In this document: positions 1-8,479 of the stretch, in pieces | How the letters are laid out: the number at the start of each line of letters is the position of its first letter | Position numbering within the stretch: position 1 is the first letter of the stretch | NCBI GenBank assembly: GCA_036383875.1 | Contig: DASVNL010000056.1 | Span: forward strand, 1 to 46,096 | Reading direction: 5' to 3' | DNA length: 46,096 nucleotides | Origin: Thermoanaerobaculia bacterium | GTDB taxonomy: Bacteria; Acidobacteriota; Thermoanaerobaculia; Gp7-AA8 | The notes under the pieces: model-generated | Databases searched by the model: none | Told to the model about the DNA's origin: nothing | What the model saw: the letters and a program-made list of their open reading frames with translations, nothing else | Translations under genes and position numbers: made by a program

Positions 1-3000
1 ATCGGGTCCGGTTGGTTGAAGCGGCTCCACGCGGAGCGGTACCAGCGGAAGATGTTGTACACCTGGCCGGTGCCCCAGTTGTCTTCGATGGCTTCCTGGC
101 CGGGGAGTCTCAGGCGTTGCTGCATCTCTCCGCCGATGCGGTATTCGTAGACGCGGCCGTAGGGTTCGTATTCGGCTTGCCAGACGACGTCGGGACCGAT
201 CATCTGCAGCAGGGGGGTGCCGAGGTGGTCGGTGAAGGTGTAGCGGAAGAGGGAGGTGTCTTCTTCCATGCGGCCCAGCGGCCACCAGTCTTCATCGGAG
301 TCCTGGGCGACTGGCATGGCGCCGAGATAGTAGAGCGTCGTGGCGAGGACTTTGCCGGGGAGGGTGTGGACGTAGGTTTGGAGTTTGAGCTCCGGCGTGT
401 ACAGCGAGACGCGCGACCACGGCGTGGACGTTTCGAAGAGCCCGAGGTATTCCTTCACGCGGATGCCGCGTCCGTCGTAGATGTAGTGCGCGTTGTCGAA
501 CGACACCAGATTGCGGGGACTGATGTCCGCCGGCTCGTTGCCGGCGCTGTCGTACGTCACCGATGCGCTGTTCACCGTCGCGAGCTTCGACGTCGTGCCC
601 GAGTACGTGAACGTGATGTTGCGCAACGAGTCGAGATACAGCGAGGTGATGTTCCCCGCGACGTCGTACGTGTACGACCCGCTGCCCCACAGAGCGGAGC
701 CCGTATTCGCCGTGATCAGGCGATTGAGGTCGTCGTACGCGAAGTCGCGGTCGTAGTCCGCGTCCACTGCGTCGTCGATCGCGAGGATGTTGCCGGCGTC
801 GTCGTAGTCGTAGTCGTACTCGGCGATCGTGGTCGACGACAGCACGAGCTTGTTCTCGAGCGGGCGATAGCGCGAGTCGTGCGTCACCGTCTTCACCGCG
901 CCGTTGCCGTACGTCAGCGTCTTGAGCGGTCCGAACGGCAGATACGCGACGTCGGAAATGATCGTGTTCGAGTACACGGTGATCCCGATCGGACGATCTG
1001 CGAAATCGAACGTGTACTCCCCGACGCCGATCGTTTTGCGATTGCCGTTCTCGTCGTATGCGTAGTTGTTCCCCAGGAGCGTCGTGTCGTGGGATTCCTG
1101 CCGCAGCAGGCCGCGGCGTTCGTACTGATACGTCGTGATGCCCGACGGATCCTCCATCGACGACAGCCGTCCGATCCCGTAGTCGCCGGACGTCGCATCG
1201 TCGTACGTCCAGATCACGTCTTCCGTCGTGAGACTCGTGCGTGCGGACGACGCGGTCAGCGGGCGATTGAGCAGGTCGAACGTCTTCGTCGTCGTCGCGC
1301 TGTTCGCGTCCGTCGTCGACGTGTTGTTGCCCGCCGCGTCGTACGAGTACGACGTCGTTCCGGAGACCGGACTGCTCTGCGTCTGCATGCGGCCGAAGTC
1401 GTCGAACGTGTACGTCGTGACGCTCGACTTCGGATCCGTCACCGAGACGAGATTGTTGTCATCGTCGTACGCGTAGGACGTGACGATGTCCGAGCCCGAG
1501 ATCAGCGTGCGCTTCTGCGTGACCGACAGGAGGCGGTTGCGGAAGTCGTACGCGTAGAGCGTGTTTGCTGCGGAGTGGCGCTCGTCGCGCACGCCCGCGA
1601 GATTGCCGCGCGAGTCGTACGAATACGCGCTGAACGACGAGTCGGGATGTGTATTCGTGATCAGGCGCCCCGATGCGTCGTACGTGAACTCATCGCTGCG
1701 ACGCGTGACCCACGTCGTGCACGGATCGGCCGGTGTCGTGCAGTCCTGCGCCGCCTCTTCCGTCTTGCGTCCGACCGTGTTCAGCGTGAACAGCATCCGT
1801 TCGTGTTCGTCGCCGGTGTCGTCGACGCGGATGCTTTCGAGCAGGCGATTCGTGCCGTCTTCGTAGACGAAGCGCACGCCGTTGCCGCGCGGATACGTCG
1901 TCGACGTGAGGCGGTCGCGACTGTCGAAGACGTGCGTCGTGACGTAGTCGGCCGGCTCGTTCGGGTCGGAGTTCTGTTCCGACGTGATGGTCAGCGTGCG
2001 GCCGCGATCGTCGAGCGTGCGCGTCGTTTCGACGCCGTTGGGATCGACCTTCGAGCGCGGCGTGCCGTAGACGTCGTAGTCGTCGAACGTCGTCGTCAGT
2101 GCCGCCGTCGTCGTCGAGTACGCGCTCGACTGATAGAGCCGTCCGCGGCGATTGAGGTCCGTGTCCGTGTCCGAGTAGTACGACAGCGTCGTCTTCTGAT
2201 TCGTGCGCGGTCCGCCCTTCTCGGTCACGCGATGCTTCGAGTCGAACGTCGTCGTCGTGACGTACGACGTCGCGCTCGAATCCGTCGATCGCAGATAGCC
2301 CGTCGTCGTCGTGGTCAGCACGGTCTCGCCGGAGTTCCACGAATATGTCGTCGTCTTCGACTGGCCGCTCTTCGCGACGCTGTCTTCCGTCACCGACGTG
2401 ACGAACGACGGCCAGCTCGTATGGCCATACGCGAACGTCGTCGTGTGCTCTTCGGTCTTTCCGACCGCTTCCGTCGCGGTGAGGATCTGGCCGTTCGCGT
2501 TGTACGTGAAGCTCGACGTCACACGTTCGTCGGTGCCGCCGGAGCCGGTCTTGTCGAGGCCGACGGTCTTGGTGAGGATGTGATTCTCGTCGTCGAACGT
2601 GAACGTCTGCGCGTCCTCCGCGACACCGCACGATCCGCAGTTGCCGACCACGGACGTCGCGAGATAACGGCCGCTGCCGACTTTGAGCGTGTAGACGGCG
2701 TCCTGCGTGACGCCGCTGTCGATCGTCGTCGTGACGGTGGTCTGCGTCGTCGAGTCGTAACTCAACTCGACGAGATCGCGCGCGTTCGTTCCGGGTGAAG
2801 GCGCGGAGCCGGTGTTCGTATCGCCGGACCACGACGACGTCGCGCGGCCTTTCGTGTCGTACTGATGTCCTTCGAGCACCGCGCCGGAATCATCCATGAC
2901 CAGTGCGACCGCAGACTTGCCGGTCGTGTAGGTGGTCCACGCGAACTGACGCCATGGAGTCGTGCTCGTATGCAGCGGATCGAAGATCTTCTCGAGGCGA

Positions 3001-4220
3001 TTCGAGCCGTCGTAGGCGAAGCGCCACTGATTGCCGTCGCCGTCGGTGATCGACGTGAGCAGGCTGCCGCTGTAGCCCAATGTCCACGAGCGGCCGAGGG
3101 TGTCGGTGAGGCCGGTGAGATTCGTACCGGTGTACGACGCGGTGAGTGCGTTGCCCCAGCGATCGGTTGTCTTCCGCCAGAGCCCCGACGTCGAATCGAC
3201 TTCAGTCACGGTGCCGTTGAGCTCCGTCCATTTGTAGCGGCCCGCCGATGTGTCGTTCACGACGAGGCCCGTCGTTTCGCCGGGACCGATGGGCTTCCAG
3301 CGCTCGCCGATGCCCGGATGGTTCTCGAGCGCGAAGAACACGCGCGTGCCGTCGGGCTTGCGCCAGACGCGGACGCTGGAGTGATTCGTCGCGAGCATCG
3401 ACTGCGCGAATGTGTGCGTGAAGCCGGGGCCGAGTGCACCGACGTTGGTCTCGAGCGAGTTGTACGTGATCGAGAAGTCGAGGGAGCCGCCTGGCTCGTC
3501 GACCGTGAAGAGCGGCTGATTGAAGTACATGTTGCCCGAGCCGACGTTGACCGGCTGGCCCGCGCCCGGCGAGACGCCGCCGCTCGGACCAGTGCCGCCG
3601 GTGCAGGTCGGGCACGGACCGATGTCGGGAATCGGCGAGCAGGAGGAACTGCCGCTGCCGCCGACGAGATCACTCGACACGGCGTACGTCGAGAAGGTGT
3701 CGCTCACGATGTACACCGCGCGATACATGCGGCATTCGGTGTTCATGTCGGTGAAGGTGACTTTGCCGTGTTCCCAGTACGGAGGCACGGTGTGCACGAC
3801 GCCGATGCGATTGCCGGTCACGGGGTCGAGCGCGACGACGTCGATGCGATACGGAATCGCGTTCGGCTCGTTGGGATAGAAGAAGTCGGGCGGATTGCAG
3901 TACGCGTTGCGCGTGAAGTACTCGAGCTCCACGGTCGTGGAGTTGATGACGCGCAGGATCGGCGGCGTCAGATACTGACCTGACGTGTAGCCGATCGAGC
4001 ATCCGCAGTAGTAGAGCGGGTAGCCCGACTGGTCGCATCCCGAGTCGTGGTAGAAGCCGTCGCCGACTTTCGTATGGCTGAAGATCTCGCAACTCGAGCA
4101 TGAATATGTCCCGTTGAACGTGTAGGGATTCGAGCTGCTCGGCTCATATGCCGCGAGCGGGAAAGTGAGGAGGCATGCGAGGACCAGGAAGAGACCGAGG
4201 AACGACTGACGGTATTTCAT
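1..4220 (-). CDS. RHS/YD-repeat protein with N-terminal signal peptide; the 3' end runs off the left edge of the window (partial)
   Basis: Not in the supplied ORF track because there is no stop inside the window. Hand translation of the minus strand from the ATG at 4220 (AAGGAG 6 nt upstream) gives MKYRQSFLGLFLVLACLLTFPLAAYEP, then a Cys-rich N-terminal region, then GQPVNVGSGNMYFNQ. YD-type repeats follow (FAYDGSNRL, YSYDSRGNL, YAYDDDNNL, YAYDENGN). At the window edge is the RHS core end DHLGTPLL...LRLPGQ...YNIFRWYRSAWSRFNQPDP. No stop-bounded ORF is listed in this frame, which fits one open frame. Confidence 0.85.
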   Translation of the reverse strand, partial: MKYRQSFLGLFLVLACLLTFPLAAYEPSSSNPYTFNGTYSCSSCEIFSHTKVGDGFYHDSGCDQSGYPLYYCGCSIGYTSGQYLTPPILRVINSTTVELEYFTRNAYCNPPDFFYPNEPNAIPYRIDVVALDPVTGNRIGVVHTVPPYWEHGKVTFTDMNTECRMYRAVYIVSDTFSTYAVSSDLVGGSGSSSCSPIPDIGPCPTCTGGTGPSGGVSPGAGQPVNVGSGNMYFNQPLFTVDEPGGSLDFSITYNSLETNVGALGPGFTHTFAQSMLATNHSSVRVWRKPDGTRVFFALENHPGIGERWKPIGPGETTGLVVNDTSAGRYKWTELNGTVTEVDSTSGLWRKTTDRWGNALTASYTGTNLTGLTDTLGRSWTLGYSGSLLTSITDGDGNQWRFAYDGSNRLEKIFDPLHTSTTPWRQFAWTTYTTGKSAVALVMDDSGAVLEGHQYDTKGRATSSWSGDTNTGSAPSPGTNARDLVELSYDSTTQTTVTTTIDSGVTQDAVYTLKVGSGRYLATSVVGNCGSCGVAEDAQTFTFDDENHILTKTVGLDKTGSGGTDERVTSSFTYNANGQILTATEAVGKTEEHTTTFAYGHTSWPSFVTSVTEDSVAKSGQSKTTTYSWNSGETVLTTTTTGYLRSTDSSATSYVTTTTFDSKHRVTEKGGPRTNQKTTLSYYSDTDTDLNRRGRLYQSSAYSTTTAALTTTFDDYDVYGTPRSKVDPNGVETTRTLDDRGRTLTITSEQNSDPNEPADYVTTHVFDSRDRLTSTTYPRGNGVRFVYEDGTNRLLESIRVDDTGDEHERMLFTLNTVGRKTEEAAQDCTTPADPCTTWVTRRSDEFTYDASGRLITNTHPDSSFSAYSYDSRGNLAGVRDERHSAANTLYAYDFRNRLLSVTQKRTLISGSDIVTSYAYDDDNNLVSVTDPKSSVTTYTFDDFGRMQTQSSPVSGTTSYSYDAAGNNTSTTDANSATTTKTFDLLNRPLTASSARTSLTTEDVIWTYDDATSGDYGIGRLSSMEDPSGITTYQYERRGLLRQESHDTTLLGNNYAYDENGNRKTIGVGEYTFDFADRPIGITVYSNTIISDVAYLPFGPLKTLTYGNGAVKTVTHDSRYRPLENKLVLSSTTIAEYDYDYDDAGNILAIDDAVDADYDRDFAYDDLNRLITANTGSALWGSGSYTYDVAGNITSLYLDSLRNITFTYSGTTSKLATVNSASVTYDSAGNEPADISPRNLVSFDNAHYIYDGRGIRVKEYLGLFETSTPWSRVSLYTPELKLQTYVHTLPGKVLATTLYYLGAMPVAQDSDEDWWPLGRMEEDTSLFRYTFTDHLGTPLLQMIGPDVVWQAEYEPYGRVYEYRIGGEMQQRLRLPGQEAIEDNWGTGQVYNIFRWYRSAWSRFNQPDP

Positions 4221-4306
4221 GGACGACTCCTTCGATCCTTCCACTATTCCGTGTTGCCATCTATCCGTCTAGAGACATTCGGTGACGTGCTACCTTCGTA
4301 TCAGCC

Positions 4307-5956
4307 ATGTGTCAGGTTCGGACGGCCGTACTCCTTGCTGCCTTGCTGTCGATGCCCCTGTGGTCACAAGCGACATTCGCGCAGGCGCCGCTCGTCGAGT
4401 CGATCGAGGTGCGCGTCGTGAACGTCGATGTCGTAGTGACGAATCGCGCGGGCGTGCCGGTCACGGGGCTGACCGCGGACGACTTCGAATTGCTCGAGGA
4501 CGGGCGCAAGCAGCCGCTCACGAACTTCTACGAAATCGAGTCGAGCGAAGACGGACAGACGACGCGCACGAAGGATGGCGCGGAGCTGCGACCGCGACGC
4601 TTTTTCTTTTTCATCGACGCGAGCTCGCTCTATCCGCAGGTGCGCGATGAGCTGGTGACGTCGCTGCGCCACTTCGTCAGCGAACAGATGCGCCCGGACG
4701 ATCAGGCGTCGGTGCTCGTGTGGAACGGGCAGATTCACGTGCTCTCGCCGCTGACGAAGAGTCGCAGCGAAGCGGATGCGGCGCTGCAGAAGGCGAGCAC
4801 GCTCGCGACGAGCGGTGCGGTGCGCAACGAAGTGAGTCGCATTCAGTCGCGCTGCGCGAAGGCACTCGAGCTCGGACGCGCCGGACGTCTGCCGATGCGC
4901 GCGGCGTATCTCGACTGCATCAACAACGCGAACGACGAGACCGACGCGACGGTCGCGGCGTCGCGACGCATGCTCAACGCGATGCGCGTGACGCTGGCGA
5001 TGATGGGCGGCGTCGACGGGAAGAAAGTGATGGTGGTGGTCGGCGCGCAGTTGCCGAAGAAGCCGGGCGTCGAAACGTTTCTCTGGGCGAACTCGCTGTT
5101 CACGCCGTTCCTCACGGGCTGGGACGCGCCACGCGCGCGCTACAACGAGGATCGCCCGCTGGCGATGGACGTCGCGGATCTCGCGAACACCGCGAACTCG
5201 GCAGGCGTGACGATGTATCTGATGAATGCGCCGATTCCCGCCGATCCGATCAGCGCATCGCACGACTACGGCGTGTCGGATCAGGGAATGGATTTCTTTC
5301 ACAGTGCGAACACGGGCGAGGCGTTCGCCGAGCTCGCGCGACTCACGGGCGGGATGTCGGCGGATCATCGCTTCAACTCCGACGCAATGTTCCAGGCCAT
5401 CCGACGCGATCTCAGCTCGTACTACTCCCTCGGCTACAAACCAAAGGAGCACGGCGGCGCGCCGCGCCACATCACCGTGCGCGCGAAGAATCGCGAGTAC
5501 ACGGTCCGCGCGCGGCAGACGTTCATCGATCGCACGGCGACGGAGCAGATGAACGACCGCGTCATCGCGAACGTGTTCAACCCCGCGCCGAATCCGGACT
5601 GGCCGATCCTGGTGCACATCGGCGCGCCGGAGCGCCAGGGCTCGACCGCCAAGGTCGCGCTCGAAGTGGTGATCCCGCCGAGCGCAATCACGTTGTTGCC
5701 GCAGGAGAAGATTCTCACCGGCGGATTCACGGTCTGGATCGCGGTCGGCGACAAGCGCGGCGCGCTGTCGACGGTCTCGCGCAGCCCGCAGATCGTCGAC
5801 GTGCCGCTGAATGAAGAGAAGACGTTCCGCTCGACGCCGATCGTGTTCACGGCTCAGGTGACGGTCCGGGCCGGCGAGAACCTCGTGTCGATCGGAGTGA
5901 CGGATCGAATCACGGGGACGGCGGGGTTCGGACGGGCAGTGGTGAAGGCCGAGTAG
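4307..5956 (+). CDS. secreted VWA-domain protein of the acidobacterial VWFA-related type (TIGR03436-like)
   Basis: 549-aa ORF with signal peptide MCQVRTAVLLAALLSMPLWSQATFAQA. The family-typical N-terminal block IEVRVVNVDVVVTNRAGVPVTGLTADDFELLEDGRKQPLTNF is followed by FFFFIDASS (VWA beta-1 region). GC3 is high in this frame. The overlapping antisense ORF 4364..7972 is an Arg/Asp/Glu-rich shadow. Confidence 0.85.
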   Translation: MCQVRTAVLLAALLSMPLWSQATFAQAPLVESIEVRVVNVDVVVTNRAGVPVTGLTADDFELLEDGRKQPLTNFYEIESSEDGQTTRTKDGAELRPRRFFFFIDASSLYPQVRDELVTSLRHFVSEQMRPDDQASVLVWNGQIHVLSPLTKSRSEADAALQKASTLATSGAVRNEVSRIQSRCAKALELGRAGRLPMRAAYLDCINNANDETDATVAASRRMLNAMRVTLAMMGGVDGKKVMVVVGAQLPKKPGVETFLWANSLFTPFLTGWDAPRARYNEDRPLAMDVADLANTANSAGVTMYLMNAPIPADPISASHDYGVSDQGMDFFHSANTGEAFAELARLTGGMSADHRFNSDAMFQAIRRDLSSYYSLGYKPKEHGGAPRHITVRAKNREYTVRARQTFIDRTATEQMNDRVIANVFNPAPNPDWPILVHIGAPERQGSTAKVALEVVIPPSAITLLPQEKILTGGFTVWIAVGDKRGALSTVSRSPQIVDVPLNEEKTFRSTPIVFTAQVTVRAGENLVSIGVTDRITGTAGFGRAVVKAE

Positions 5957-5957
5957 C

Positions 5958-6101
5958 GGTTGGCGGTTCGCGAGCCTTCGGCTCGCTGGCGGTTGGCAGT
6001 TGGCGGTGGGCCTCCGCCCGGCCACGTTGAATTTTTCGGTCTCGGTTCTCCCGCCAACCGCCAACCGCCAGCGCGCCGACAGGCGCGCGAAACCGCCAAC
6101 C
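5958..6101. repeat. composite palindromic intergenic element built from (G/A)GTTGGC heptads, copy 1
   Basis: Outer 11-bp perfect stem: GGTTGGCGGTT 5958-5968 with AACCGCCAACC 6091-6101. Side hairpin 5970-5986 (GCGAGCC-ttc-GGCTCGC). Inner stem 5987-6006 with 6051-6070, 20 positions with 1 mismatch. Side hairpin 6071-6088 (GCGCGCC-gaca-GGCGCGC). The element starts 2 nt after the VWFA stop codon (TAG 5954-5956). Confidence 0.8.
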
Positions 6102-6127
6102 CACACTACAATCCCCCCGGTCCAATC

Positions 6128-8479
6128 GTGCTCCTCCTTCTCTATCTCCTCACCGGCCTGGCGTTGCTCTGGCTGATCGGGCGATTCGTGCGTCCGGTCT
6201 CGTGGGCGGCAGCCGCTGTGTTGATTGCGATGCCGCTGGCGATCGTCGGGGCGGCGGTCGTGACGGGGGGCGTGTATGGGCCGCTCGATCATTCGTTTCA
6301 GGACGAGCCGTTGAAGGCGTTCGGCGCGCAGTTCGGCGTCACCGGTGCGGCGAAGAACGCGTCGTCGATCGACATCTTCTCGGAGTTCTTTCCGTGGCGG
6401 CGGATGGTGCAGCTTTCCTTCGCACGTGGCGAGTGGCCACTTTGGAATCCGTACAACCTCGCCGGACATCCACTGGGCGCCGAAGTGCAGTCCGCGCCGT
6501 ACCTGCCGTTCACGTGGATCGCGTGCTTGTTGCCCGCGGCCGTGAGCCTCAGCTACACCGCGGCGATCGGACTCTTCATCGCCGCGGTTGGCGCATTTTT
6601 GTTCGCGCGTGAATTGGGGTGTCGCGAATCGTCGGCGCTCGTCGCGGCGGCGGGGTGGGGATTCGCGTCGTGCAACGTCCTCTACATCCTCACCGCGATG
6701 GGGATGGCCACCGTCTTCCTCCCGCTGATCCTCTTGGCATGCGCGCGCGTCGTGCGACATCCGGGCGTCGCGTCGTGCGCGATGCTGACCGTCGCGTTGT
6801 CCCTCACGATTCTCGCGGGACATCCCGAGTCGCTGTTCCTCAACGTCATCATCGGCACGATCTACGCGCTCTTCGAGCTCGCGCGCAATCGTGCAACCGC
6901 GTTGCGCGGGATCGCGACGGCGTGCGTCGCGGGTGCGCTCGCATTCGGCATCTGCGCGATCTCGTTGTTGCCGCTCATCGAGGCGATCCCGCAGTCGAGT
7001 GAGTTCCTGCTCAAAGGACACATGATGGGCGAGCGCTCGCAGCGAGTGTCGAGCGCGGAAGTGCTGGCCAATCTCGCGACCGATCTCTACCCGCATCTGC
7101 ACTTGCGCGAGTGGGCGCAGCCGAAGCTCGGACGCATCGGCGCGGAGACCGCGGCCGTCGGCAGCTTGCTCATCGCGCTTGCTGTCTACGCGATCTTCCG
7201 CAGGCGTTCCGCGGAGACGTGGTTCTTCGCCGCGGTCGCGCTGTTCTGCATGCTCGCGGGCGCGCGCTGGAGTCTGATCGCCGACGCCGCGATGCATCTC
7301 CCTTTGCTCGAGATCACGATGCTGCATCGCCTCGCGTTCTCCGCCGCGCTCTTCCTCGTGATGCTCGCCGCCCTCGGCGTCGAAGAAATGCTGCGTCGCG
7401 ACGATCGCACCATCGCCGCGCTGGCCATCGCCGTCGTCTTCGCCATCCTCGGCGGCGGAATGCTCTGGTTGAACCGCAACGTCGTGCTCGCGATCACCGC
7501 CGCGGACTACGGCAAGTACCGCGTGTTCGCGGAGTTGTTCTTCCCGATCGTCGCGATCGTGCTGCTCGCGGTGAAGCGCGTGCCGATGCGCGTCGCGATG
7601 CCGTTGCTGCTCGCGCTCGTGATCGGCCAGCGCGCGCTCACGGAGATCGACACGTTTCCGACGTTCCCTGCGAAGGCCGCGTACCCGGAGTTGCCGTTGC
7701 TCGAGCCGCTGAAGAACGTCCGCGAGCCGTTCCGCCTCGTCGGCGCGGCGACGGCGTTTCCGCCGGCGACGAACATCTTCTACGGCCTCGAAGACCCGCG
7801 CGGCTACGACGCGCTCACGCTCGACGAATTTCAGCGCACGTACCGTCTGTGGTGCCGCCGTTACGGCATCTGGTACAACCGCGTCGACGATCTCACGCGA
7901 CCGTTCCTCTCGATGCTGAACGTGCGCTTCGCGGTGCAACACGAGTCCGCGCCGATTCCGAACGGCTGGCATTCAGTGAAAGTCGATCGCGGCGCGCGGC
8001 TGATCGAGAACGAGCACGTGCTCGACCGCGTGTTCATCCCGCGCCGCGTGCAACCAACCGGCGCGCACGCGATGGAGATCGTCGATCGGATGGACGACAT
8101 CCGCGATTTCCGCGAGCTCGCGTACATCACGTCGCGCGACACGCTCGACTTTCCCGAAAACGGTCCTGGCCTCATCACCCTCCGCTCCCATCGCCTCGGC
8201 GGCGAGTACCGCTTCGACGCAACCATGCAGCGCGAAGGGTGGGTGGTGATTTCGGAGTGTGCGTGGAAGGGGTGGCGCGCGTACGTCGATGGCGAACGCG
8301 TCCCGCTCCGCCGCGCCAACGCCGCCTTCCTCGGCATCCGCGTGCCCGCCGGACAACACGCCGTGCGTGTCGTGTATTGGCCGTCGTCGTTCGTAACGGG
8401 TCGCGCGATTACCTTCGCGACGCTGCTCGCGATCGTGATCGTCGCGATCGTTCTGCGCGTGCGTTCACGTCGCGCGTGA
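6128..8479 (+). CDS. polytopic membrane protein, YfhO-like (putative glycosyltransferase-type membrane protein)
   Basis: The ORF-track frame 5960..8479 begins inside the repeat element. A GTG at 6128 starts the hydrophobic N-terminus VLLLLYLLTGLALLWLIGRF. There are many predicted TM segments and the block FFPWRRMVQLSFARGEWPLWNPYNLAGHPL. A C-terminal soluble domain is followed by a final TM (ITFATLLAIVIVAIVL). The family call comes from overall architecture only. Confidence 0.65.
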   Translation: MLLLLYLLTGLALLWLIGRFVRPVSWAAAAVLIAMPLAIVGAAVVTGGVYGPLDHSFQDEPLKAFGAQFGVTGAAKNASSIDIFSEFFPWRRMVQLSFARGEWPLWNPYNLAGHPLGAEVQSAPYLPFTWIACLLPAAVSLSYTAAIGLFIAAVGAFLFARELGCRESSALVAAAGWGFASCNVLYILTAMGMATVFLPLILLACARVVRHPGVASCAMLTVALSLTILAGHPESLFLNVIIGTIYALFELARNRATALRGIATACVAGALAFGICAISLLPLIEAIPQSSEFLLKGHMMGERSQRVSSAEVLANLATDLYPHLHLREWAQPKLGRIGAETAAVGSLLIALAVYAIFRRRSAETWFFAAVALFCMLAGARWSLIADAAMHLPLLEITMLHRLAFSAALFLVMLAALGVEEMLRRDDRTIAALAIAVVFAILGGGMLWLNRNVVLAITAADYGKYRVFAELFFPIVAIVLLAVKRVPMRVAMPLLLALVIGQRALTEIDTFPTFPAKAAYPELPLLEPLKNVREPFRLVGAATAFPPATNIFYGLEDPRGYDALTLDEFQRTYRLWCRRYGIWYNRVDDLTRPFLSMLNVRFAVQHESAPIPNGWHSVKVDRGARLIENEHVLDRVFIPRRVQPTGAHAMEIVDRMDDIRDFRELAYITSRDTLDFPENGPGLITLRSHRLGGEYRFDATMQREGWVVISECAWKGWRAYVDGERVPLRRANAAFLGIRVPAGQHAVRVVYWPSSFVTGRAITFATLLAIVIVAIVLRVRSRRA

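Noticed and set aside
12-2798. 928-aa plus-strand ORF, the longest ORF-track entry at the left end
   Set aside because: The composition is an Arg/Val/Asp/Ala-rich shadow with no motifs. The opposite strand in another frame reads as a continuous RHS/YD-repeat protein with canonical motifs. High-GC genomes keep antisense frames open.
1-4306. T6SS association of the RHS protein
   Set aside because: There are no PAAR, VgrG, Hcp or T6SS core genes in the window, and the protein has a Sec-type signal peptide. T6SS association cannot be excluded for the rest of the genome but is unsupported here.
5987-6070. Possible CRISPR or tandem-repeat array, because of repeated GGTTGGC units
   Set aside because: There are only 3-4 heptads per arm, arranged as inverted arms of a hairpin. 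There are no spacers of regular length and no cas genes.
5960-6127. N-terminal extension of the YfhO-like ORF (MAVREPSARWRLAVGG...ANRQPP), and the analogous extension 24931..25086 of the sortilin-like ORF
   Set aside because: Both extensions simply translate the GGTTGGC-heptad palindromes. Proper hydrophobic N-termini begin at the internal GTGs (6128 and 24930).
4364-7972. 1202-aa minus-strand ORF
   Set aside because: It lies antisense to the VWFA and YfhO-like genes, which have recognisable family signatures. The product is Arg/Asp/Glu-rich, low-complexity and crosses the repeat element. The same reasoning rejects 13618..15621(+), 16325..17653(+), 18691..20106(+), 21406..25050(+), 27184..29751(-), 31494..33695(-), 34258..35433(+), 36441..38030(+), 39653..40972(-) and 40944..42680(-).
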